From the NCBI RefSeq assembly GCF_006345805.1, contig NC_042998.1:114762001-114826000 (forward strand): a DNA stretch of 64,000 nt. Reading direction: 5' to 3'. Within the stretch, counting starts at the first letter, position 1, and each line of letters starts with the position of its first letter. Source of the DNA: Octopus sinensis (Eukaryota). The notes under the pieces were generated by a model. That model did no database searches. It saw only the letters and a list, made by a program, of their open reading frames with translations, and had not been told where the DNA came from. The translations under genes were made by a program, and so were the position numbers. Of the stretch, positions 13,748-25,576 are shown piece by piece.

Positions 13748-14184
13748 TTTAATTTTCTTGATGACTGAAGAGATGCCCGTGCAGGTTTCCGCGCCCCGAC
13801 ATCCTAAAGCCGGAGTTTTATAACGGTAACTGAATAATTATCACATATAATATTACCTACAAATGTATCTTTTTATTTATTTATTTATTTATCTAGTTTC
13901 AGCTAACAAGCTGTGGCCATGCTGGGGCACCGCCATTTGGTGTTGCTAGATGATTTTACTTTACGAATGCTTTTTAGCAATTGCCATTTGGTGCATGAGA
14001 GAGTTCGATGCAACTGCCCTCATCTGCACCTCCAGCCGTGAAGTTGGTTCATCTGGGATATCTGACAAGAAGAGATCCAGTTTCATTTTAAAGACATCTG
14101 CATCCACCCCATGCAGGTCTCTTAGATTCTTCGGGAGGATATTGAAGAGCTGTGGGCCTCGGAAGCCCAGGCTTATTTATATAT

Positions 14185-14229
<45 letters not shown>

Positions 14230-14254
14230 TTAAATATATGTATATATATTTAAA

Positions 14255-14340
<86 letters not shown>

Positions 14341-14384
14341 TTATTTATTTATTTATTTATATATTTATTTATATATTATATATA

Positions 14385-14990
14385 TGAGAATGGAGAGAAG
14401 AGCAGATGCCAACTCGAGATTTGCGCTTGCTTTCGGACAATTCATGAGGCACATATTTTCCAAGTTTCGGAACATTTTCAAGTTGTTGAAGATGACGATG
14501 AACAGTTTTTTGGTTTGAACTAAGCTTTATTGCCAATCCATCAACTGATAATGCAGGATTTTCTCCAAATAATGTCTCAAGGAGCTTATCATCAAACTCA
14601 CCTGGACGTCCTGTTCGATCTTCATTTTCAAGGCTGAAATCTCCACTTCTGAATTTTGCAAACCATCTTCTGCAAGTACTTTCATTCAAGCATTCTTTCC
14701 CATAAACTGAGTGCATGTTTAGAGTCGCTTCGGCTGCAGAGTTTCTTTTTTTTTTGTACTGATAAAGCATTGTGTGCCCCAAATGTTCTTTGGATACTTT
14801 CATGTTAGAAAGGGTTTTAATCAAAGAAATTTTAATTCTATTAATCTGTAAAAATAATATTTAATTGGTTTAAATGTACACAAATGCATAAAAATAATTA
14901 TTAATTCCATTAAACATTTTAAAATAGTATTAAATTGCATTCAATTTTAAAAAAGGTAAAATCGGACAACGTATGGGATGACCTGATATA
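14385..14990 (-). mobile_element. Mariner transposon fragment: left TIR + N-terminal DNA-binding half of transposase (ORF 14369-14824)
   Basis: Translation has mariner HTH motifs (CRRWFAKFRSGDFSLENEDRTGRP; KLGKYVPHELS, a WVPHEL equivalent). TIR-like TATCAGGTCATCCCATACGTTGTCCGATTT at ~14961-14990 ends in TA repeats. Confidence 0.92.
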
Positions 14991-15023
14991 TATATTTATT
15001 TATTTATATTTATATATATATTT

Positions 15024-15099
<76 letters not shown>

Positions 15100-15124
15100 G
15101 TATAAATATATATATAAATAAAAA

Positions 15125-15213
15125 AAATCTGGAGTTGGCGTCTGCTCTTCTCTCCATTCTCACGAACTCACCCTTTTTGAATAGACTTGTGACTGGTGAC
15201 GTAAAATGACTCT
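15125..15213 (+). pseudogene. Mariner transposase continuation (first catalytic Asp region), opposite orientation to the 14385-14990 piece
   Basis: Reads [10 protein letters not shown] / [12 protein letters not shown] (cf. FLDRIVTGDEKW). First 38 bp are an inverted copy of 14385-14422 (36/38 identical). Confidence 0.8.
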
Positions 15214-15968
15214 AAATATATATATATATTTCTTTTTATATTTAGTTATAATATAGACAATTTTCTGAAACTTTGAAATGACCGTGTAAAATATTCTTCT
15301 TTAAGAAAAAAAAAACAGTAGCTTGTATTTTAATAAAAATAAAACTGCAATTTTTCTTCGTAAACTATATACACCTCACTCACTGCGAACAATTACATAT
15401 ATTCAGCTCCTACTTTCAAAATATTATACTCCATCTAACATTTATAAATTGTAAATAAATACATAAATGTATACATATATACATACATATGTGTGTATGT
15501 ATATATACATGCATGTGTGTGCGTATGTATGCATGTATGTACATATACATGTACGTGTGTGTGTATGTATATATATATATGTACACACATATTTATGTAG
15601 GTTTGTATGTTTATATGGGTGCCTCTATGTCTGTGTGGAGAGAAGCCTTGTGAGTGGATTTGATAGTCGGGAATTGATAGTAGCCCATCCTATCAGGTAT
15701 TGGTTTGTTTCGTCCCAGTATCTTAGTGGTCGAACAAAAGTGATCGATACAATAAGCCCGTGATCGACCAGACTGTTGGGTGTTGTTATACACCGCTGAC
15801 CACAATGCGCTTTGCATCGTTTTTAGCTGGCGAATGTTGCCACCTCACAGTTCAATATTGCCCCTGATCAGAAGGCTTTTCGTGGCAGGGTTTCCTATTT
15901 ACAGCCGTGCGTTTTGCTCAAGATCACAGCGTGATTAGAGAACCTAACCACTAAGCCACACGCTTTCG

Positions 15969-16014
<46 letters not shown>

Positions 16015-16186
16015 TATATATATATACAACATGGGACAAGAACGCAAAACATTCGGACAACTAGGTGATACAAAAAGGGACAACAAAACATCCAGATAGA
16101 CGATACAAAAAATACCAAGGACGTGTCATTCGAAGCTTTCTATCCTCAGTCAAGAACCAGATCATCCTCGCAACACACACACATCA

Positions 16187-17015
16187 ATTTGAGTAATAAG
16201 TAAGCAACGTTTTGAAACATGAAGAATTTGTACCAGACTTTTGTAGAGTTTTGAATTATTTTTAAACATTGTTTTGCAATTGTCTGATAATACAAACATA
16301 GACTTGCCCAAATGCATCAATAAATTAACTCAGATATATTTTTCACCGTTGTTACAATCATCTGAAATGGAACTTTCAAAGCGCGATATTCGAGAAATTT
16401 TGCTATTCAACTTGAAAAAGGGCGTAAAGCAGTTGAAACTGCTCACGATATCAACGAAATGTTCGCTCAGGAAATGACCAGTGGGTGGTCAGCTTGAAAA
16501 TAGTCTAAACGATTTCACAGTGAAGACCTGAGTCTTTCAGTTCGTGAGCGTGGTGACGCATATCTGTCATCAATTACGGCCAACTAAAACCGTCATTGAG
16601 AAAGATCCACGTAAAACCACTCGAGAACTGGCAAAAGAACTTCAAGTTAGCCAGAAAACTGCTTGCAATCATTTGCATGCGATCGAAAGATCAAAATAGC
16701 TCGACAAATGGGTCCGACATGATTTGAAAGAAAATCAGAAAATGCAGAGATATGAAATTTGTTTCTCGCTTCTTCTCCGTAACCAGACCGACCCATTTCT
16801 TGACCGCAGTGTAACTTACGATGAAAAATGGATTCTGTACAATAATAAAAAAAAAAACGTTGTTCACAGTGGCTGAACCAAAATGAAGCATCGAAAACCT
16901 CCCCTAAACTCGAGCTCTTCAAAAAGACGGTTATGGTGTGGTGCTGCAGGACTCAGTCACTATATCCTCTTAAAACCAGGAAAAACCATTACTACAGAAA
17001 TATATCGCCATGAAA
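16187..17015 (+). mobile_element. Decayed mariner element, 5' two-thirds
   Basis: ATG at 16367; frameshifted translation gives MELSKRDIREILLF, DPRKTTRELAKELQVSQKT, DKWVRHDL, DPFLDRSVTYDEKWILYNN, ITTEIYRHE. Several stops and frameshifts. Confidence 0.9.
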
Positions 17016-17171
17016 TATACATACAGAATTCTGTGCATGTATATATATTTACTAGATTGTTACTCCCATTCTTTTGATGCACTATTTTCTATCATTAATA
17101 AATCTGTTGGCATATTTGACGACATAAGTAAGCTAATACAGTTCTATATTTAAGAGATGAGGAATTATGTA

Positions 17172-17270
17172 CATTATTTACATTATTTACATTTGACGGA
17201 TATTTGTCCTCATCTTGTCTTGTTAACACGTTTCGGCTGATATTCCCCTCCAGCCTGGTTTCTCATTCCT
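17172..17270 (-). mobile_element. Partial Penelope pseudo-LTR with 3' half of a hammerhead (core deleted)
   Basis: Reverse complement AGGCTGGAGGGGAATATCAGCCGAAACGTGTTAACAAGACAAGATGAGGACAAATATCCGTCAAATGTAAATAATGTAAATAA matches 63473-63559. Confidence 0.8.
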
Positions 17271-17305
17271 ATGTTGTTCTTGTTGTTGTTATTATTATTA
17301 TTATT

Positions 17306-20300
17306 CAGTAGTTTTATTTTTATAGCGTGCTTTCACTTCACTACCGAGCGCAGCTCTGTGTGCCTTGGGTATGTGCTGTGATTTGTTGTGATGCTCTGAT
17401 GGTTATTGTATGGAAAGTGCTCTGCGTAGGATGTGTGCAGTGCCTAGTAGTGCAATTTTTCTGTATGATATATGTGTTTGTAAGTCCTGGTGTTTGTGTT
17501 ATGTATTTGTCTGAATATTTTTTTATCATGCCTAATGCACCTACTATGATAGGAATTGTTTCTGTTTTCAGGTTCCACATTCTAGTTACCTCTATTTCCA
17601 GGTCTTTGTATTTTGAGAGTTTCTCCATTTCTTTTAGAGACACGTTGTCATCTGCCGGTATTGATACATCAATTAGAAAGCATTTTTTTCTTCATGATCT
17701 CTGACAACTATATCTGGTCTGTTGGCCTTAATTTCTCTATCTGTGTGTATCGGCATATCCCAGAGTATTGTTGCTTTCTCGTTTTCTGTAACCTTTTCTG
17801 GTGTGTGCCTATACCATCTTTTTCTGTTGTTATTCCATAATGTTGGCATAGCTTCCAGTGTATGTAGGTTCCAACTCTGTCATGTCTGTGAATATATTCC
17901 TTCTTAGCCAGGACTGGGCAGCTAGAGATAATATGATTTATTGTTTCTTGTCCATCTCCACATATTCTGCAGTTACTTGTAATATTTCTTTTCATTACAT
18001 GTTTTTGGTAATTTCTGGTGGGGAGGCTTTGGTCTTGTGCTGCAATTAAACGTCCCTCTGTTTCTACTTTGAGTCCTGAGCTTCTCAACCATTGCTGGGA
18101 TCTTTCTTTGTCTATTTCTTTTGCGTTTAGTTTAGTGCAGTATTTACCATGAAGGGGCTTTTCTTGCCATCGTTTTATCATGGTTCGTTGCTGTTCTATT
18201 TTTAGTTTGGATTTCATTTGTTTTATAGCTTTTGTTGTTTCTTCATCATCTCTTCTTCTTCTTCTTCGTGTTTATTAGGTGGTATGATTTCTTGTTTGTA
18301 TTTGTCAGCTTCCTTAAATACTGAGAACAGTTTTTTGTTTTGCTCGTGTTTTGCTGCTATCTGGATCAGTTTTCCTTCCTTCTGAAGTAGGTATTTTTGC
18401 AGTCCTATGGTGGTTATTTTATAGTAGTTTTCCAGCTGTATAAGGCCTCTACCACCTTCTATACGTTGTATATATAGTCTTTCTATGTCAGATTTTTGGT
18501 GATGCATCCTAGATCTTGTCAGTATTTTTCTTGTTTTCCTATCTATTTTGGACAGTTCATTTCGTGTCCAGTTAAGGATATTGTAGCTGTAACTTATAAC
18601 TGGGACAGCTAAAGTGTTGATACCTATTATCTTGTTTTTAGCATTGAGCTCTGTTTTTTGTATTGATCTAACTCGTCTATAATATTCTTTTTTTTTTTCT
18701 CTTTCATTTGTGTGTGTTGTGTCTTATCTAGTTCATGGATTCCTAAGTATTTGTAAGTTTGGCTTTGGTCTAATTCTTTTATTTCATTGGTTTTATCTAG
18801 TGTGATGTTGTTACTTTTAACTAGTTTTCCTCTTTTCATGGTTACTTTGGCGCATTTTTCTAATCCAAATTTCATATCTATTTCTTTGGTAAATCCATGA
18901 ACTGTCTTTAATAGTGTTTCCAGCTGTTTGTCATTTGCAGCGTATAGTTTTAGGTCATCCATATATAAAAGGTGGCTGATCGTTTTGCCGTAACATTCAT
19001 ATCCGCATCCAGTTCTATTTAGCATATCAGATAGAGGTGACAGTGCCAAGCAGAAAGGAGTGGAGAGAGCGTGTCTCCCTGGAATATTCCTCTTCTGATG
19101 GGGATGTCTTTGGTTTTCATGAGTCCCTCTTTTGTTTGGAGATGTAGGACTGTTTGCCATTTATTCATAGAGTGCTCTATGAATTTTATGATTGTTGGTG
19201 CTACTTTGTTAATGGCTAGTGTTTCAAGGATCCATGTGTGGGGGATGCTATTAACGCCTTTTTGTAGTCAATCCAGGCCATACTGAGGCCTTTCTTCTTT
19301 CTGTGGCTGTCTTCAGTTACGGCTTTATTAATCATTAGTTGATCTTTACAGCCATATGAGCCTTTGCGGCATCCTTTCTGCTCTTCTGGGAACAGTTTGT
19401 TTTCGTCCAGGTGCTTGTTCAGCCTTTGCGATATCACTGCAGTAAATGCCTTGAACATAGTAGGGAGGCAGGTTATTGGTCTGTAGTTTTCTGGTTTTGC
19501 TGTTTCATTTGATTTGGGAATTAAGATGGTTTTCCCCTTCGTGAGCCATTCAGGCATTTTCTCTGGCTCTGCTAGTATGCTGTTAAAGTTTTCAGCCAGC
19601 TTTTTGTGCATTCCTGTTAGATATTTCAACCAAAAGTTGGGGATCTTGTCATGCCAGGTGCCTTCCAGTTGCTTAGTTTTTGCAGTGCCTGGGTGACCTC
19701 TTCAGTTGTTATGGGGGTCCAAAGTTGTTCAGATGCCGAGTTTGTTATTTCATACTCCTTTTTTTGGCTGTTCGTTCGCCGACCATATTTCTCTCCAGAA
19801 TTTATCCAATTCTTCTGCCGTTGGTGCTGCAGTGACTTCTATTTTATTTTTTCCCAGATCTTGGTAGAACTTTTTGGGGTTGGTGTTGAACTTTTTGTTC
19901 TGTTCAAAGAAGCGTTGGCGTTTCTCGTACCGGCGGATCCTTTGAGCTTTGGCAAGGATATCTTGCTTCAGCTTTTCTTTTATCTCCGGCAAATCTTTTT
20001 CCGTGATGTTATATTTGCGGAGCATTTTTGTTCTCTTTTTGTTGCTCAGTAGCGTTGATTCTTTGCTGATTTCATCAAGAATCGACAGGTCTTTTCTAAT
20101 TTTTTAAATTTTGTTTTGGATGTTATTTATCCACAGGGTTTGTTTGGGTGGTGGTACTCCTGTTTGGACGGGTTTGGGAGAGTATCCAGCTTCTTTTGTG
20201 GCTGCAGTGGCTGCTGCGTATATCAAGTCATTTAGTTCAGTGATATCACTTTTTTTTGTTTCAGTGGCTAGTTCAGTGACGGCTAGGTTTATGCTGTTTA

Positions 20301-21336
20301 TAATTGGTGTTGTTATTTTCGTTTATTTTTATTCTTGGGAGGTATGGTCGGTGGTCCATTTTGGGCTCTGTGGTTTCAGTTCTAAGATTATTTTATTTTT
20401 TATATATCATAATCATTAGGCTCCCCTTCGTCGTTTACATCGTGTTTGTTGGGAATGTTGCGTTTGTCTTCGTGTTTTACAGTTTCAGTGTTTATATTAT
20501 TGGGCATTGTTGTGTGGCTTCTATCTACATTTTCCTGGTGTATTTTTTCTTTTAATGTTCTATTTCTATTTCTGATATTTTTTTGGCTTTGAGAATGTAT
20601 CTTCGTACGTTAGCTAATTTATTAGGGTTCATTGCTGTATCCAAGTCTATATCTCTATTATTTCCTTCCATATTTTATATGTATGTGTTGTTGTATTTTC
20701 ATTTTTTGTAGGTAGAGTACTGCTGTGTAGTATGCGTGTAAGATAGAAATGTATTCCTCACGTGTCCATTTACGTCTTTTGGGTTTTATTTGCGGGACAT
20801 GAGGTACAACGTCCGGCCCATTATTTTGACGGTCGTCATTTTCGTAGGGTACCGGTCCGTTTATTTCTGTTGTCACATTATTTCGCACGTGTAGTTTTTC
20901 GTACATTTTTTGTTGTAGGTTTAATGTACGTACCGCTCGATTGTTATTCTTGGGTTGAATAGTATCGGTGGCATTTAATTTTCGTAGTTCCTTTGTACAT
21001 GGTGTTTGAGGTCGGGGATGATCGTGATGTTCCACGCATGTTATATGTGTTGCGTTAGAGGTGGAGATAATATCGAGTCAAAATACATCATTTCGTTTCG
21101 AAAATAGTAATAAATTTCAATTAGTATTACTTACTCGGATACAGTCCAATTCTGTTAGCAAAACTTGGCTCCATAGGATGTCCTTTTTTCGATGTTTGTG
21201 GATAGATTTCGGAGCTCTGAATTTTCCTTCTTATACCTTAAACGTCCCCCGGTGTCTTATTGGGTGGTGGTACTCCTGTTTGGGCGGGTTTGGGAGAGTA
21301 TCCAGCTTCTTTTGTGGCTGCAGTGGCTGCTGCGTA

Positions 21337-21339
<3 letters not shown>
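17306..21339 (-). mobile_element. Near-full-length, decayed R4/Dong-clade non-LTR retrotransposon in (TAA)n
   Basis: ORF pieces are colinear: N-terminal RRKWTREEY; PENYRPITCLPT; QKGCRKGSYGCKDQL; WIDYKKA; YMDDLKLY; RLYIQRIEGGRGL; CRIC..HIISSC knuckle; IEVTRMWNLKTETIPIIVGALG endonuclease end. (TAA)n at both ends (17290-17305, 21338-21397). Many frameshifts. Confidence 0.93.
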
Positions 21340-21390
<51 letters not shown>

Positions 21391-21728
21391 TATTATTGTC
21401 TGCCTGTCGGTCTCTCTCTCTTCTTTTTATTTTATTTTTATTTGAAGCAATACCGTATATATCCACATATACCTTAATGTTTGGATTCTCTCTATTTTCG
21501 ACGACTTTGCATCTTTCAGTTTGAAATCCGTAATTCAGAAAAGTCGCTTTAAATGAATCTGAGCAATGAAAAATTAAGCAACCAAATAATTGTCAAAAGA
21601 AACGATGACTACCATAAGCAAATAGTTATTAGAAAACATTTAAAAAAGCATTTAAATGTATGACCGGTACAAATGTACATCAATTTATAACGAATATCCA
21701 AATATGATAGTTCTCGCATGACTATTGG

Positions 21729-21775
<47 letters not shown>

Positions 21776-21849
21776 ACATTTGTACGCACTCCCACAGACA
21801 CACGTATGTTGTTGGCGGTTCCTTTCCATTCTTTGGACTTTTTCCTTTT

Positions 21850-21920
21850 CGTTTCCGACGAAGAGCTATGCACGAAGTATAAAATACTCTCCTTTCACCG
21901 AGCGTCAAACTAATATATTT
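21850..21920 (+). mobile_element. Penelope pseudo-LTR relic with degenerate minimal hammerhead
   Basis: CCGACGA-A-GAGC-TAT-GCAC-GAAG followed by CTTTCACCGAGCGTCAAACTAATA, shared with 46046-46115 and 53787-53860. Confidence 0.5.
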
Positions 21921-22309
21921 CCTATGCACGTACCCATGTTGTCCGTGTTTATTCGTTTATTTGAAATATATATATATATGATGGATAGAGAGATAACGTA
22001 ATGTATACATATATAAATGTGTGCGTATATATATATGCAAGTGCATATGTGCGTATGCGTATGTGTGTATATGTATGTGTGCCTATCTGTCTGTCTGTCT
22101 GTATGTATCTATGTATCTATGTATGTATAAAATACACAGAAGTGTGACAGTAAAAAGTCCCAAGAATCAAACCGATTCTCTCAACTCTCAGGCCTTAAAT
22201 CTTTGACAACGATGTAACTACCTAAGGTGGACGTTGAGTAAAGGAACAAACCCGAAGAAGTAAAATCGAAGGAGTATGAGTAGAATGAGTGGTGGAAGAC
22301 GAAGCCTAA

Positions 22310-22325
22310 TAGTAGTAGTAGTAGT

Positions 22326-22362
<37 letters not shown>

Positions 22363-22560
22363 AAGTTGAAGAGATAAGAGAAGAGAAGCCTAGTAGTAGT
22401 AGTAATAGTAGTAGTAGTAGTAGTAGCAGCAGCGGCAGCAGTAGTAGTAGTAGTAGAGTAGTAGTAGTAGTAGTAGTAGTAGTCGAAGAAGAACGAGAAG
22501 AAGAAAGAAGATACCGGTAGATACAAGAAGAAAGAGAGGAAGAAGAAATAGAATGAGAGT
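22310..22560. repeat. (TAG)n/(CAG)n/(GAA)n trinucleotide block
   Basis: Direct reading. Confidence 0.95.
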
Positions 22561-22871
22561 TTAAGTGCAAATGTGTGACAATAACTCTAGCAAAGAACCA
22601 TGCAGGGTGATGTCTGTATTGTAAGTTGTTTACTCTGTGTACAGGAATGGTGACAAATTGTGGTGTAACGTCAATTAGAAGAAATTCTTTACTCTATCAC
22701 CTCATTAGACCAACCTCAACTCCGCTCACACACCTTCAAAATATTAGTTCCTTAGAATCACTGCCTGTTTATATCTATCTGTACATCTGGCGGTGTATTT
22801 CATTTCTCTGTCTCACCCCTCCCTTTTCTCACCCTTTCTCTTGCTTCCTCTCTCCCTCTCTGTGTCCATGA

Positions 22872-22929
<58 letters not shown>

Positions 22930-23604
22930 GTACGTGCATACTTATATACTTGCATACATACATAAATATATACGTTCAAATGAAAACTTGTAAAACAAAT
23001 TTAAAAGGAAATGAAATACAACTTACTAAATATCTAATTCTGTTACGCAAATATCATTTCACTGGTGTATACAGATTTGTATATATACATACATATGCAT
23101 ATATATGCATATATATACACAGACACACATGTATATACTTATATATATATATAACTGTAGATAGTTTTTTGTGTACGTGTGTGTAAACATATCAACACTA
23201 GCACACACAAAAACATACATACATACACACACGCACATACATATATATATATATATCGATATACTTTCATACATATCAATATATATATATATATTGATGT
23301 AGATTATATGTGAGTGTTGAAACTCTCAGTTATATATATATATGTGTGAATGGAAATAAGTAAGCATGAATGTAATTTATAAGAGGAGTTCACTGAGTAC
23401 ACCTATTTACTTACATTCTGTCTAGAATTACTCTGTATCGGGATAACAATTTCAATTCATCTGATTGTAATAAAAAAAAAGAAAAATTATCAGCAGTGAG
23501 CCGATAGTGCATTAACGCTCGAGAGAGGTTTTAAGACAAAGATGAGAAAATACAATATAATAAGAGGCTATTGCAAAGATTATCCAGGCTTGAGGATGCA
23601 TGTA

Positions 23605-23860
<256 letters not shown>

Positions 23861-24147
23861 TATATATATATTTATATATCTAGCTATATGCATTTAAGTG
23901 TATAATATATGCATACACATACACACACACATATAACTTGGTTGAAGAAGAGCTATCAATTTAGACAATCATTTTTTAATTATGATTTACATCAACATAA
24001 TTAATACATGTAACATAAAAATTACATCAAGACAAGGAACACATCTATATATTATGTAGAATAGATACAAGAGTTATATGAGGTGAAAATATACGTGAAG
24101 AGGATAAATAAATGGTGGTTGATATATCGATTATAAAATTATATTAA

Positions 24148-24719
24148 ATTTAATGTTAAAAAACGTTGAATTAAGGATTAAAAGTTGTTAGATACATCGG
24201 CAGTAGTGAGAAATCCTAATGATGGATTTAAAAGTTTGGAGGAGTTCCGAAGAGATGTGTATAGAGGGTTATAACTTAATTAAGTATGTATTTACTTATT
24301 CCTGATGAAGGGGACATTGTCAATGGGAAAATAAATGTTTCATACCTTGTTGGCCAATGGAATCCAGAAACGGCCGTCGAATTGTGTTGTATGGACGCCC
24401 CAGACAAGTGGGCTAGACCACTATGTATAAATAGTGGACGTGATAGCCAGTCGGAGTAGTCTAGATGTCGAGTTCTGTTGAGTCGAGTCGTCGGAAGTGA
24501 GAGTTCGATAGTTGAGTAGAGGTACGTCATCGGTGAAGGTACGCCATCCGAACGTGTGATATAACAAATTCCTTTATATATGGCGTTATAACCTTCTATA
24601 AACATTTCACATCTCTTCGGAACTCCTCCAAACTTTTAAATCCATCAATAGGATTTCTCACTACTGCCGATGTGCCTTACAACTTTTAATCATTAATTCA
24701 ACGTTTTCTAATATTAAAT
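24148..24719. mobile_element. Fold-back element: ~130-bp inverted arms (24148-24275, 24585-24719) around a 309-bp spacer
   Basis: Arms align by eye at roughly 90% with one 7-nt indel (e.g. ACATCGGCAGTAGTGAGAAATCCTA.TGATGGATTTAAAAGTTTGGAGGAGTTCCGAAGAGATGTG and its reverse complement). Confidence 0.9.
24296..24385 (+). ncRNA. Candidate type I hammerhead ribozyme (Penelope-like minimal topology)
   Basis: ATTC (stem I) - CTGATGA - long imperfect stem II (GGA-CATTG...CAATG-GAA-TCC) - GAAAC-GGCC-GTC (palindromic stem III, GUC site) - GAAT (stem I'). Stem II base is non-canonical (TCCA-GAAA). Confidence 0.55.
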
Positions 24720-24734
24720 GATTTTTATTTGATA

Positions 24735-25240
24735 CTAGCAGTATCGCCCGGCGTTGCTCGGGTTTGTAAGGGAAATAACTATATAAGCATTTTTAGAGAG
24801 TTACTTCCCTTATAAATTCGGGCTTTCTTAGCCATTTTTGTTTTGGTGTCTTCAAACCATGAAGTCGTTGTTCTAAAAGAACGCTGGTTTCCTTCACAAC
24901 GCATTACGACGTTGATTTCTTTACACTCCCTTCCCCACAGCTTCACGAGGGAGGGAAGGGGGAGAAGCAAACAGGTGCAGCTGTGAGCGTGGACGCCAAC
25001 TCCGCCGCCATCGACACACGATGCATTTTATGCATTAAAATGGAATAAAAAATGATGTTAAATTATTTTTAAAATCGTAGACTCATCGTTGACGCGCGCT
25101 AATAGTCAGACGGGCTCGATATGAATCACGACTATATGATACCCGAATTTGGTTAAACTGCACCGCAAAATGTGGGAGGAGTTAGGAATCTAAATCGAAG
25201 GGGACAGACACTCACACAACTAGAGTTTTATATATATAGA
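24735..25240 (-). mobile_element. Complete non-autonomous Helitron (506 bp)
   Basis: Minus strand begins A|TCTATATATATAAAAC and ends CCCGAGCAACGCCGGG hairpin + 8 nt + CTAG|T: 5' TC, 3' CTAG, subterminal hairpin, A|T target, no TSD. Confidence 0.85.
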
Positions 25241-25526
25241 TATCAGCCTTTATTTATTTATCCTTTTCACGTGTATTTTTACCTCATATAACTCATTTCT
25301 ATTTTAAATAATATATAGATATGTTCCTTGTCTTGATGTAATTTTATGTTTTATGTATTTATTATGTTGATGTAAATCATACTATAGAATGACTATCTAA
25401 ATTTTCGTCTCTTCTTAAACCAAGTTATATAATATCTAACGTCTCGGGTTTGACCTGATCACTTCTAACCAATTATGTAAAAAAAAAACTCTTCCGAAAG
25501 ATATATATATATATATGTATAAACAT

Positions 25527-25576
<50 letters not shown>

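Noticed and set aside
16025-16175. Minus-strand CTGAGGA..CGAAT motif as a hammerhead (related repeat at 9450-9555)
   Set aside because: GAAA and NUH positions are not satisfied; probably a repeat relic, but a ribozyme is not supportable.
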